Assembly: GCF_004010195.1 (NCBI RefSeq)
Contig: NC_057756.1
Span: 275,401 to 339,400, forward strand
DNA: 64,000 nucleotides
Direction of reading: 5' to 3'
From: Chiloscyllium plagiosum
Taxonomy: Eukaryota
This document shows positions 51,376-63,548 of this stretch, one piece after another. A model generated the notes under the pieces. That model did not search any database and was not told the origin of the DNA. It saw nothing but the letters and a program-made list of their open reading frames with translations. The position numbers and the translations under genes are program-made. The stretch's first letter is position 1. Each line of letters begins with the position of its first letter.

Positions 51376-51660
51376 TTATGGTGCCCTCATTATTTTGGCA
51401 TACATAGAATTTAATGGGGATATATATATATTGTTTATTTCTACGAGGGTAGTTTTGCTTAGGTAAGCTGGTGTTTTATCCCCTCCTACCTCCATTAAGT
51501 GAATCATTTCATTTGTGTGGGGTAAGGGTAAGTTTGTGATAGATATGGCCACTCCTGTGTCCATTAGCATTTCACATTCCCTCCGTCCTATTATTGCAGG
51601 CGTGTAAATTCTCCCATCTCCCTTCCCCTCACGAATGGGAGGAGCCAGTTGACAGCTCTG
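51376..51660 (-). pseudogene. pro: ERV-2 aspartic protease
   Basis: EMLMDTGVAISIT..MEVGG. Confidence 0.8.
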
Positions 51661-51699
51661 CTGACCTCTTAACTCCTGCAGTTCCACGGTCTTCCTGGT

Positions 51700-52890
51700 G
51701 GTATTTGGGGGTGCCCTATGCTTTTCCCAGCACACTGAATCTATGTGTCCTATTTTGTTGCAGTGGCTGCAGTATTTTACATTGTTCCCTGCTCTATTCC
51801 CCGCTCATGGAGCCCTACATTCTCTAGCAAAGTGTCCCTGTTGGCCACAGTTGCAGCAGGATAGTTTTATTCTGCTCTCTCCTCCATTCTGGTAGGCTGC
51901 TTTGTCAGGTCTTGCCCTTATCACAGGAGCTTCTGCCTCCTGCACCCTGCTAGCCCACTCAACTAGATCATCGTAATCCGGGGACATTATTCCTCCCATT
52001 TTCAGGAGGGCTTGGTGTGCAGTAGAAAGCCCGTCTTTAAAAGCTTGGATGTTCCCCCGATCTAGATTCGCTTGCACTGAGCATTCCTGATAGATCCTAA
52101 ATAATTGTTCTCCATACTCAGAGGCTCCTTCCTCTTTAAGTTGCCGAGTGGATGGGAACTTCTCTACCCCCTGACCAATAATACTGTCCCAGTACCGTCT
52201 GTACGGCTGTAGCAGCCTCCAAGCATGTTGTACTCTCTACCGGTGGGACCTCTCTACCCACCTGGCCACCACTACCAGTTGGTACTTACCGGTCAGTTGG
52301 GAATGCTGGTTCAATAGGGTGTGCTCTCTACCGGGGCCTCCTCTGCCCTCCCAGCCACCTCTACTGACCTGATGCCTCCCGATAGGCCCAGAAACCTACC
52401 TCTAGCCTGGTGTGTTCTCTACCGGTGGGACTCTTTACCCTTCCGGATGCCATTATTCTGTCTTTCTACTATGGACTGACAGAGTGTCACAGTTTCTCAG
52501 TGTCCATGCTCCCTGCTTTGGTAACGTGCGCCCCACTGAGGTTTCGCTCTTGGTCGGAATGATCAGCTCCTCTTCCTCACCACATTGGAAATTATAAATA
52601 CAATCAGCACCCAACTTTTAAATTAAACTCTAACTGGACTCTGCTTTGTTCGCCCCTACAGAGTCCAATTTTACTTGACTTTGCCACTTGTGCTTCACAG
52701 CCCTCGGTGCCTCAATTCCCACTTCAAATCCTGACCTTCGTGTGAGGGGGGCTACCCCTCTGAACAACTGGTTTAGGGCAGGGTCTTTGAGACATGCACG
52801 TACTTGTCCATTGGTTGTTTCAGCACAAGCAGTAGGTTCTCACAGCAGTTAATACGGTTAACACTTATTCTCCACAGACATGCACATATT
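51700..52890 (-). pseudogene. gag: ERV-2 gag
   Basis: CCNCGQQGHFAREC CCHC knuckle; capsid-like IQAFKDGLS. Interrupted by a C-rich repeat at ~52160-52450. Confidence 0.8.
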
Positions 52891-53044
52891 TTGTTTTTTA
52901 TCTCAGTACTGCAGCAAATTAGATATTACAATTGGTATACCTTTTAAACTGTGTCTTTGGCCTGGTCTGACTCTTCCCGTTTGCAGGTACAAATTGGTTC
53001 TTACACCGGCTCCCCAATCGTGGCCTAATAAGAACAGCACCAAT

Positions 53045-53726
53045 TGTTGCAGGGAGAATCACCAGCCTCGGAGTCAGAGTCGGGGTTCAACAACAGTTTA
53101 TTGTACAAGGAAATACCGGACTCTAGGGAGAGAAAGACACCAACAGCACAGGGGTCAACTGCGATTCTTCTCTCGACCCAGAGCACATGTCAAGATACTT
53201 TTATACATTTTCTAATATAATAGCTCAGTGATGAGGTTATTCTGTCTGTAACATAGTTTGTTTATTGTAAACATTGCAGAATCGTTGATAGTTTCGGTGC
53301 AGTCATTGTCAGTTCTAGCACATACTTTGTTAATTTCCACATGGTCATTGTTAGTTTCAGTGTACACATTGTCAGTTTCAATGCCTGCATGGAAGTCCAT
53401 TGCTGTAGTAATGGGCGCTAATTGCTCTTCCTGAGAAAGACGATTACTGCAGCCCTGGCTATTAGCACTTTCTATTGAGTCTATATCAAACTGTTAGCAT
53501 TTCTATCAAAGGTGTTGGCTGGATCCACTTCGGCCGGCAGTGTACGTTACTCATGTGTATTCACTCCCCCACCCACCTTAAACTTATCAACGGGGCTGTG
53601 GGTGCATTGTGTTGGCACTCTGGTGGCCCCAGGCAGTGCCTGTATTTGCTCTGCTGTTTCTCTCCATATTGTGGTCCGGCAGCCAACTTGTGTGCCAAGT
53701 GGCCAACTTTGGCCAAAAAAAATACA
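53045..53726 (-). mobile_element. ERV-2 5' LTR
   Basis: Minus strand: TATAAAA (~53200), AATAAA (~53097), ends CAACA followed by ATTGGTGCTG (PBS position). Upstream boundary approximate. Confidence 0.7.
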
Positions 53727-53773
53727 TTCTAGATCACTAAAGTCCCTTAGGGTCTGGCTTAGATGTGACAGTG

Positions 53774-54080
53774 GGTGGCATGGTGGCACAGTGGTTAGCA
53801 CTGCTGCCTCACAGCGCCAGAGACCCTGGTTCAATTCCTGACTCAGGTGACTGACTATGTGGAGTTTGCACATTCTCCCCGTGTCTGCGTGGGTTTTCTC
53901 CGGGTGCTCTGGTTTCCTCCCATAATCCAAAGATGTGCAGGTCAGGTGAATTGGCCATGCTAAATTGCCTGTAGTGTTAGGTAAAGGGGTAAATGTAGGG
54001 GAATGGGTGGGTGGTGGGTCGGTGTGGACTTGTTGGGCCGAAGGGCCTGTTTACACACTGTAAGTAATCTAATCTAATCT
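53774..54080 (+). mobile_element. HE1-like V-SINE
   Basis: Boxes A and B, V domain and (TAATC)n tail. Confidence 0.92.
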
Positions 54081-54184
54081 TATGGCTCAGCAGCCATCTT
54101 GTGTGTCTGTGTGCCAAGAGTCACCCTGGCCCATGCCACCTCCCACTTCACTGGTTCCTTTTGATTCATGAATGTCTTGAGGGA

Positions 54185-57100
54185 TAGTGTAGGAGGAAGG
54201 GGTTCAGATTTGTTGGACATTGGGACCGGTTCTGGGGAAGGTGGGTCTATTACAAACTGGACGGTCTACATCCAAACCAGACCGGAACCAATATCCTTGG
54301 GGAAGATTTTGCTACTGCTGCTGGGGAAATTTTAAACTAATATGGCAGGGGACTGGGAACCAGAAGAGAAAACAAATAGGCAGCAAGGTGGAGACTGGAG
54401 ACTGTAAGAATTATGAAGATAGCATTAATAAAGGGAAGAGTAGGCAGATAGCAGATGAGTGCAAAACAACTGGTGGCCTGAAATGCATCTACTTTTAATG
54501 AAAGGAAGATAGTGTGTAAGGCAGATGAACTTAGTGCTTGGATTGGTGCCTGGGAGTATGACAATGTTGCGATCACAGAGACTTGGTTGAAGGACGGGCA
54601 TGATGATTGGCAACTAAATATTCCAAGATATTTACGCTTTAGGCAGGACAGGGAGGGAAGTAAAAGGGGGGGGTGGAGTTGCATTGCTAGTCAGGGATGA
54701 TATCACGGCTGTGCTAAAGGGGGACACTATGGAGGTCTTGGGTAGTGAAGGCATTATGGGTGTAGCTGACAAATAAGAAGGGTGCAGTTACATTGTTGGG
54801 GCTGTATTACAGGCCTCCCAACAGTGAGTGTGAGGTAGAAGAACAAAAGGTAAACAGATTATGGAAAGATGTAGAGGCAATAGGGTAGTAGTGATAGGAG
54901 ATTTTAATTTTCCCAACATTGACTGGGATACACTTCGCGTCAGAGGTCTGGGTGGGGTGGAATTTGTAAGAAGCGTCCAGGAGAGTTTTCTCGAGCAATA
55001 TGTCAATAGTCCGACGAGGGAAGGGGCCATATTGGAACTGGTACTGGGGAACGAGCCAGGACAGGTGGTAGAAGTTGTGGTAGGGGATTTCTTTGGGAAC
55101 AGTGACCACAATTCTGTAAGTTTCAGAATATTTGTAGATAAAGATGACACTGGTCCGAAGGGAAGAGTTCTAAACTGGGCCAAGGCCAATTATATCAAAA
55201 TTAGGCAGGAGCTCAGAAATGTGGATTGGTCACAACTATTTGAAGGAAAGTCCACATTTGGTATTTGGGAGGCTTTCAAAGATAGTGCAGGATAGGCATG
55301 TCCCGTTGAAGGCAAAGGATAGGAAGGGCAAGATTTGTGAACCATGGATGACAGGAGAAATCGTAGGACTAGCCAAGGGGAAAAGGGAAGTGTACATAGG
55401 TCCAGGCAGCTAAGAACAGAATGGGCCCTGGAGGAATATCAGCAGAGAAGGACCAGTCTTAAGCGAGGAATCAAGCGGGCTAAAAGGGTTCATGAAATGG
55501 CTTTAGCGAGCAGAATTAAGGAGAATCCCAAAGCATTTTATTCTTATATAAGAAGCAAGCAGGTAACTAGAGAAAGGATTGGTTCACTAAAGAATAATGA
55601 ACCTGAGAGAATGGGTGAGATTCTGAATGATTACTTTGCAGCAGTGTTCACTGAAGAGAAGAACATGATGAATCTTGAGATTAGAGATAGAAGTTTGAAG
55701 TTGGATCACGTTGACATAAGTAGGGAAGATGTGTTGGGTAGGCTGGAGGTTATTAAGGTGAACAAATCCCCAGGACCGGATGGGATCTATCCCAGGTTGC
55801 TGAGGGAGGCGAGAGAGGAAATAGCTGAGGCCTTGACAGATATCTTTGTGGCCTCCTTAAACACAGGTGAGGTACCAGAGGACTGAAATCTTGCTCATGT
55901 TGTCCCCCTGCACAAGAAGGGTAGTAGGGATATTTTAGGTAACTACAGACCAGTGAACCTGACGTCAGTGGTGAGGAAGTTGCTGGAGAGCGTACTGAGG
56001 GATAGGATCTATTTAAATTGAGAAAAGAATGGGTTTAGCAGTGATAGGCAACATGGTTTTGTGTGGGATAGATCGTGCCTTACCAACTTAATAAAGTTCT
56101 TCGAGGAAGTGACCAAGTTGATAGATGAAGGAAGGGCTGTTGATGTCATATACATGGACTTCAGTAAGGCGTTTGATAAGGTTCCCCATTGTAGACTAAT
56201 GAAGAAAGTGAAATCACATGGTGTGCAGGGTGTTCTAGCTAGGTGGATAAAGAACTGGTTGAGCAACAGGAGACAAAGAGTAGTAGCTGAAGGGAGTTTC
56301 TCAAAATGGAGAAAGGTGACCAGTGGTGCTCCACAGGGATCAGTGCTGGGGCTGCTGTTGTTTGTGATATACATAAATGATCTGGAAGAGGGCACTATTG
56401 ACATGATCAGCAAGTCTGCAGGTGACACGAAGATTTGTGGAGTAGCAGAAAGCAAAAGGGACTGTCAAAGAATACAGGAGGATATAGATAGATTGGAGAG
56501 TTGGACAGAAAAGTGGCAGATGGATTTTAATCCAGACAAATGTGAGGTGGTGCATTTAGGCAAGACTAATTCGAGAGCGAAACATTCAATGAACGGAAGA
56601 GCCTTGGGAAAAGATGATGGGCAGAGAGATCTGGGAGTGCAGGTCCATTGTACCCTGAAGGTTGCTGCACAGGTTGGTTGAGTTGTCAAGAAGGGATATA
56701 GTATGCTTGCCTTTATTGGCCGGTGTATTGAGTATAAGAGATGGCAAGTCATATTAAAATTGTACAAGACATTGGTTCGGCTGCATTTAGAATACTGTGT
56801 ACAACTCTGGTCACTACATTACCAAAAGGATGTGGACGCTTTGGAGAGTGTGCAGAGAAGATTTACGAGGATGTTGCCTGGTATGGAAGGTGCGAGCTAT
56901 GAAGAGAGGTTGAGTAGGTTAGGTTTGTTTTCATTAGAAAAAAGGAGATTGACGGGGGACCTGATTGAGGTTTACAAAATCATGAAGGATATAGACAGGA
57001 TGGATAGAGACAAGCTTTTTCCCCAGGGTGAAGGGTTCAATAACAAGAGGTCACACTTTAAACGCGAGTGGTGAAAAGTTTAAGGGGGATGCACAGAGGG

Positions 57101-57300
57101 TGGTAGGCGTCTGGAACCCGTTGCCAGCAGAGGTCGTAGAGGCAGGCACGGTAGATTCATTTAAGATGTGTCTGGACAGATACATGAGTAGGTGGGGAAC
57201 AGAGGGATACAGATGCTGAGGAATTGGGCGACAGGTTTAGACAGTAGATTTGGATCGGCATGGGCCTGGAGGGCCGAAGGGCCTGTTCCTGGGCTGTAAA
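54185..57300 (+). mobile_element. CR1/HER1 LINE (ORF1 end, complete degenerate ORF2, 3' end)
   Basis: AITETWL, GDFNFPNIDW, SDHN, KSPGPDG, DFSKAFD, PQGSVLG and LVRLHLEY. Confidence 0.95.
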
Positions 57301-57479
57301 TTTTCTTTATTCTTTCTTTATCCTGACTCTTTCCCCTGCCCACTCCAGATGGGAGTCTGGTAAACCTTCTCTAAACTGGCTCCAATGCATTTTCTGCTTT
57401 CCTTTAACTGAAGTGTCCAATCCTGTAACCAGTGCTCCAAATCCTTTATGCGAAAGGCCATCTTGCTGCTGTGGAGAAG

Positions 57480-57700
57480 CTTGCTTGTTCCTTAGGTATA
57501 AGGCAGTCATCCACCCGACTTTCCGATATGGTCCAAAACTTGCACTGTGTATAGACACCACTTTAAGACCCTTGAGAAATACCATCAACGTTGCTTGAGA
57601 TGAATAGGTATATTAATACGAGCATCCTTGAAGCAGCTAACAGCAGCAGCATCGATACCATGATCACCCAAAACCTACTCCCCATACCACTGACCCCGCA
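57480..57700 (+). mobile_element. RTE-clade LINE fragment
   Basis: TVYRHHFKTLEKYHQRCLR..NTSILEAANSSSIDTMITQN matches the RTE RT C-terminal pattern. Confidence 0.7.
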
Positions 57701-59451
57701 GGCCTTTTCTGTTGCTACTTGGAAGGATTGACAGATGAATTGTCGATGAGGAAGTGAAACAGCCTTGTCACGTCTCCTGACATATTCCTAGGAATCAAGT
57801 CTTTGTTTAATGATCTAATGTTTGATTTCTTCATACACATCTGTTCAATTTTGTAGAAACAAACTCATGTCCATTTGTACAATAGTCGTGATAAATTATA
57901 AATATGGTGTGTTCATTTGTTTAAATCTCAAACTCATTAAGAGTTGTCAGTTTTAGTTTCATTAAATTTGTGCAAAAAATGTTGTGCACAGTTGTAAAAG
58001 AACTTTGTGCTCATTTGTGTAATAAACCTGTGTTCATTCGTGCAAAATTCTTGTGTTCATTTATGCAGTTTGTTCATTGAATGACTTAGCCTTCATTGTC
58101 ACGTGCACTCAAATGATTGCAGTGAAATGTTTATAATATTGCCTCTTGGCACCATCTTAGGAACAGGGTACTGAGGTACAGAATACTTACGTATGTGTTA
58201 CAGAATTGAGCAAATCATAAACAAAGTTCAATGTGAGAATAAAGGATAAAGAAGCTGTCTTTAAGAAGTACTCACACTTTAGTCTTTTAACCAAGTCCAT
58301 GCCAGTTTTCAGACTACCAGGCTTTGTGTACAGGAGATGCTGGGCATCAATCCTGGAGGCCTCACTTGCAGTTCACCTCCGTGCTAGACTCCACTCCACC
58401 CCACTCACCTCTGGGATTCACCTGGACATCTCGCCCTCTATGCGGGCCTGGCCTTAGACTTGCCTCCGAGACTGACCTTGATCTGCTGCCTCTGTCCTGA
58501 TTTGTGTTCATTTATACAAAACGCTTGTGTCTATTTGAGAAATAAACTTGTGTTTCTGTGGTTTTATTACTGAGCTTTCTCTCTCTGTCTTGTGAACACA
58601 TCCATGCACCTCTGCAGACTAGTGTCCCGGCTGGGTTGTTACCCTCAGACCAGGAGAACAGGGTTCAAATCATCTCCTCCAGGCATGTGTTCTAACATCG
58701 CTGAGCAGGTTGATTGTGGAAGCTGTCTCATGGGCACCTAGCAGAAACTGGGCAGGCAGTGGTTACAGAAATGTGTTGTAAGATTGGAGAAGGTCTGGAG
58801 TCTTGCATGGGCTGGCTGAGGAATGGAAGGAGACATGTTAATACTATCCACAGCTGAGCTGGTGCAGGTTGTACCGATAAAGGAAGGATGGACAGGCTTA
58901 GGGGAGTCAGGAAGTGAATTACTCACTGTGGTATTCTCAGCCTTTTGACTGCTCTTTTAGCCATTGTATTTATATGTTGAATCCAGTCAGGTTTATCGTC
59001 AATACTAACCCCCAGGACGTGGAGAATTCAGTTCCAATGATGCAACAAATAGGTGAACATATTTTAGGGAAAAAGGTGCAATTTCATTACAGTAGCTGCA
59101 GTTTCCAGTCCAAATACATTGCGGTGTACTTTTACAGATATTCTGAATCAAGTAAAACTGTGAAAAAGCACTCACTACAACAGCTGTTTAACCGCAAAGA
59201 TGGAGTTTTACTGATGGAGCAAACTCTTTGATGTAATTGTAATTCAGGGCATTGAAGAAGGTAAAGTCCCCAAAGTCCTCAGTAAACAGAGGCAACTGGT
59301 GGTGGTTTAACCTGAGGGTCACCTTGCCCAGCCACAGGGAGAGGGTGAGGAAAGTCCTTGTTGGTGAGTAGGGAAGGTTAAAGCAGGGAGTTGTTGGACT
59401 GAACTGGTATTTGCTGATGCTGACACCCTGCCATTGCTCAGCAAAGCATGA

Positions 59452-59582
59452 GATTCCTGAAGAAGGGCTTATGCCTGAAAGGTCGATTCTCCTGCTCCTC
59501 GGATGCTGCCTGGCCTGCTGTGTTTTTCCAGCACCACATTTTTCAACTCTGGTCTCCAGCATCTGCAGTCCTCACTTTCTCC
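59452..59582 (+). mobile_element. PLE terminus with degenerate hammerhead core
   Basis: CCTGAAGAAGGGCTTATGCCTGAAAGGTCGA followed by the shared tail ending CTCACTTTCTCC. Confidence 0.85.
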
Positions 59583-59611
59583 TATGAGATCTATTGGTCA
59601 GATTCAGCTGA

Positions 59612-60005
59612 CTTTTTTTATTTCAAAAATGTACTTTATTTGTAAAAGTCTCTTTGCGTTTATACATTGTCACAAATGCAGTTCAATTTTGTACAGTAGC
59701 ATATCAAGGAAACAAACCAAAGTCATCGGCATCTCTTACACATGCAAGACTGCACTTACATGCATTTCAGGTAATAGGAGGCTCAATAACTGAATGGGCC
59801 CCCAATTACCTTCAACAGGAAGACCTCAGACAGTGATCTTTCCCCACTGCCCCTTGGTAGGAGCTGCCCCACTCTTTAGTGCATCCCCCAGCACGAGTCC
59901 TGGACCTTGGAATGTGCCAGATTTCAACACTCAGTCAGCATCAACTCCTTGTTCTGGAAGATCAACAAATGTCAGGCATACCAAAGAATGCCTTTCACCG
60001 AGTTG
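59612..60005 (-). mobile_element. L1/Tx1-type LINE 3' end
   Basis: Minus strand NSVKGILW..LLIFQNKELMLTEC..LAHSKVQD, then AATAAA and an A-rich tail. Confidence 0.7.
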
Positions 60006-60224
60006 TATTTTTGTATGCTCTCAGCTGCTGAATTCATTTAATTCTCACAATGTTCAGTGTTCAGTTAGAATCTGATAACTGGTACATCAGGGATTATGTG
60101 ACTTGATTTATTACTGTCACATGTACCTAGGTACAATGAAATAAAATTGTGATTAGTGGAGTGTGGGGCAGTATTTTTCAGATAAATAAACTCATGCGTA
60201 CATCATTATGACTTGATGTACCTC

Positions 60225-60468
60225 CAGGCTCACCATTTTTTGAGGGGTTATTGAGAGTACCTTGAGCTGCTACATCAATGCCTGGTTTGGGAATTCCATC
60301 GTCTCAGATTATAAACACCCTGCAATGGATAGTGAGGACAGCTGAGAAGATCATCAGGGTCTCTCTTTCCTCCTTTATAGACATTTATACCACACGCTGC
60401 ATCTGTAAGGCCAACAGCATGGTGGATGACCCCACACATCCCTCATTCAAACTCTTCTCCCTCCATTG
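60225..60468 (+). mobile_element. Rex1/Babar LINE fragment
   Basis: IESTLSCYINAWFGN..LQWIVRTAEKII..IYTTRCICKANSMVDDPTHPS. Confidence 0.8.
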
Positions 60469-60961
60469 AACAACCTGAGAGAATCTGAGGCTGTTCACTG
60501 ATGGTATTTGTTGAGTTCAGCAGAATCCAGCCTCCCAGTGGTGACACTCCATCTCAGCCTCTGAGTGGGAGCACCTTCCACATTCAAGTATTCCAGGCCG
60601 GAAGAGGCCTTACAGCCAATCTTACTGCATAGTAAACTGCCTTCTGTATTTCCAAAGAATGTCTTTGTGCCAATTACATGATGATGACTCTGTGGTCTTT
60701 CTCAGAAACAGAAACATCTAGTTCCTCAGTTTTCAAACCTCAACTTCCCTTTAAAAGAGACCAGCTCTCAGATTAGAACAGGGAATGTAGATTGCTCTTC
60801 TCTTTGTTATGTGGGTGACTACAAAGAACGGTTTCCTTTTCTACTACACGGCTGTACCTGTATTGTTGGAGAGAGATGAAGATCAAAGAGGGAGAAGGAT
60901 TTTAAGGAGCTGAAAAACTGGCATCAAGAAGATAGACCAAACAACCAGCTAATTCGCACAA

Positions 60962-62000
60962 AGTCATAGCACAGAAACAGACCCTTCGGTGCAACCAGTC
61001 CATGCTAAACATAATCGTAAACTAAACTGGCCCCACTTGCCTGCTCATGGCCCATGTCCCTCCAAACCTTTCCTAATCACGGATCTATCCAAATGTCTTT
61101 CAAACGTTGTAACCACATCCACCACCTCCTCAGGAAGTTCATTCCACATGCGAACTCTGTGTAAAACAAAATTGCTACATCTTTTTAAAATCTCTCTCCT
61201 CTCACCTTAAAAATGTGCCCCCCCCCCCCCAGTCTTGAAACTCACAATCCTTGGGAAAAGACAATTAACTCTATCTGTAACTCTCATTATTTTATAGACT
61301 TCTGTGAGATTGCCTCTCAACCTCCTACGCTCCAGTGGATTAAGTCCCAGCCAACTAGTCTTTCTTTCTAACTCAAACATACCCAGCAACGTTCTGGTAA
61401 ATCTCTTCTAAACCCTTTCCAGCTTGATAAGACCATAAGACATAGAAGCAGAAATTCGGCCATTCAGCCCTATTGAGTCTGCTCCACCATTCAATCATGG
61501 CTAACAACTTTCTCAACCCCGTTGTCCCACTTTCTCCCCATAACCCTTGGTACTCAAAAACGTATCTTTCTCAGTCTTAAATAGCGTTCCTTAAAACTGG
61601 GTGACCTGAACTGGACACAGTATTCCAAAAGAGGCCTCACCAATGTCCTGTACAACCTCAACATGACATCCCAACTCCTATACTCAAAGGACTGAGCAAT
61701 GAAGGCAAGCATGCTGAATGTCTTCAGGGCTTTTGCCCAAAACATCAATTTTCCTGCTCCTAGGATGCTGCCTGACCTGCTGCACTTTTCCAGCTACCAC
61801 TCTAATAGAGACTCTGATTTCCAGCACCTGCAGTCCTCACTTTTGCCTTTTTAATCAATCACCCTGTCTACGTGTGAGGCAAACTCTGAGGAATTATGTA
61901 CCTGCACCCCGGGTTCCTTTATTAGAAAACACTCCCCAAGACGCTACCATCAATTGTATAAGCCCTGTCCTTGTTTATCGTACTAAAATGCAATACTTCA
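60962..62000 (-). mobile_element. CR1 3' fragments with a nested second CR1 tail and a PLE terminus (61724-61848)
   Basis: LERRRLRGNLTEVYKIM; LVRPLLEYCVQF. Confidence 0.8.
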
Positions 62001-62693
62001 TATTTCAACAGGATACTGAAAGACTTAAACAAAATCAACTGCGTCATACATCTGGATGGTGGAATAACCTCGACCAGATCTAAAAGAGGATTAATAGTAC
62101 TGAAACACCTGAATTCAGGAGGTTATAGGGACCGTGCCCAGATCTAGGAGTGTGAGAGAATGGGATTCTGTCACTAAAGAGGGCAGTTGGATAGACAAGC
62201 AATGCAGAATTAAACTGGATGGGATTCACTTTATTGTCACATGTACTTGCAGTACAGTGAAAAATTTACAAATTGCCACTTACTGCGCCATCTTAGGTAC
62301 AAAGCAGCCTAGGTACAGCTTCTTCAGTACAAATTCTTTGGGGTGGGTGGGGGGGTGGGATGGGGGAGGGGGAAATTGCAAATTAAAGGAATATTAAGTC
62401 CAGCATTACAGACCTCAAAGTACAAAATCTGTATAATAAAAAAACCTCAAGGTAAAGTGATGAAACAAACTAATCACTTTCATGTGAAGATCAAAATGAA
62501 GCTGGATGTTGCAGTATGCTACTATCACAAATTTCTGTCTCTTTCCATTCTGGTAGAATTTACATATTTTCCCCTAATAATGACTTATACCCACCCTCTG
62601 TGTGGGAATATGTCACGTTATTGATGCCACATTGTAAAAGAGCTGGTGTAACGTGTGATATCGAAATATTCATATGTATTTTAATGTGAACAG

Positions 62694-62861
62694 GAATGTG
62701 GCGCTACCCTTCTTACCATGCAGAGACATGCCTGAGTATCCAGCAAGGTTAGATCTAGCGCTGAACTGTTCAGAATGGTCATGGAAATCCTCCAGAATAA
62801 GGCAGGGCATGCCAGAAAAGTGTACAGTCTTCGCGAGAAGATGCATGGACGTGATCATAAG
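62694..62861 (+). other. Candidate host exon (168 bp), gene unidentified
   Basis: CAG| acceptor and AAG|GTGAGG donor; length is a multiple of 3; one frame is open; sequence is non-repetitive. Confidence 0.35.
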
Positions 62862-63548
62862 GTGAGGGGGTGGGATACATTCGATAAATCATCTCACGTC
62901 ACCATTAGCTGGATATAACAGAATTTAATGCATTCATATAGTCCATGCTCACAATGTCAGGACGCTCCTAATCACTTCAACAGCTTGTCAAACCTTTTAA
63001 TTCTGTACCCAAGAGGAATTTGAGCCATTTCTGAGCCAGCTTGGGACAGGGTTATCAATTTCCTGTAATACCTCCTTACCTGAGAGTGTCTATTGGCTGT
63101 TAATATCTGGGATACAGACACAGAAATTCAGTTCAGTCAATCACCAGTGATAACAAAATGAAATGATCAAGATCTGCTTTAAACAAAAAGAGACAATTTA
63201 ATCTTAATACTGTGCTTTCAAAGCAGGACCAGGAGTTTAAATGACAAAGTGTGCATTTGTCAGGCAAATGCAACATGCCTACGTATATTCAGTTATTTTT
63301 GAGAGGAGGACGACAGGGGAAAGTACATTCACCCTTCATTCATTTCCATGGCCTGGCCATCTCCATAATGATCCAGTTCCACCCACTGAACTTAATAGTT
63401 TATTGACTACCAAGTGAATAAAGGATCAGGAACAATAAAAGAGATGTTCTATTAACAGAATGGATAAGCATTTGTTCTGATTGACTCATCACTCTGAGGA
63501 GTGGCAGAGATAAGGGCGTAACTGTGGGAATTCTATTTTTCTTCATAG

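Larger units (their letters stand above)
44345..53726 (-). mobile_element. ERV-2: decayed class III/spuma-related provirus (5' LTR-gag-pro-pol-env, 3' LTR missing)
   Basis: All domains are in order on the minus strand (see sub-features). Confidence 0.92.

Noticed and set aside
53025..53043. Assigning the ERV-2 PBS (TGGTGCTGTTCTT) to tRNA-His, and the ERV-1 PBS at 16480 to a tRNA
   Set aside because: Only the first few bases fit; too degenerate to assign without a tRNA library.
57590..57720. Apparent exon YINTSILEAANSSSIDTMITQN
   Set aside because: Matches the RTE LINE C-terminal pattern.
57850..58080. Recurring TGTGTTCATTT motif
   Set aside because: AT-rich degenerate simple repeat with irregular spacing and no further structure.
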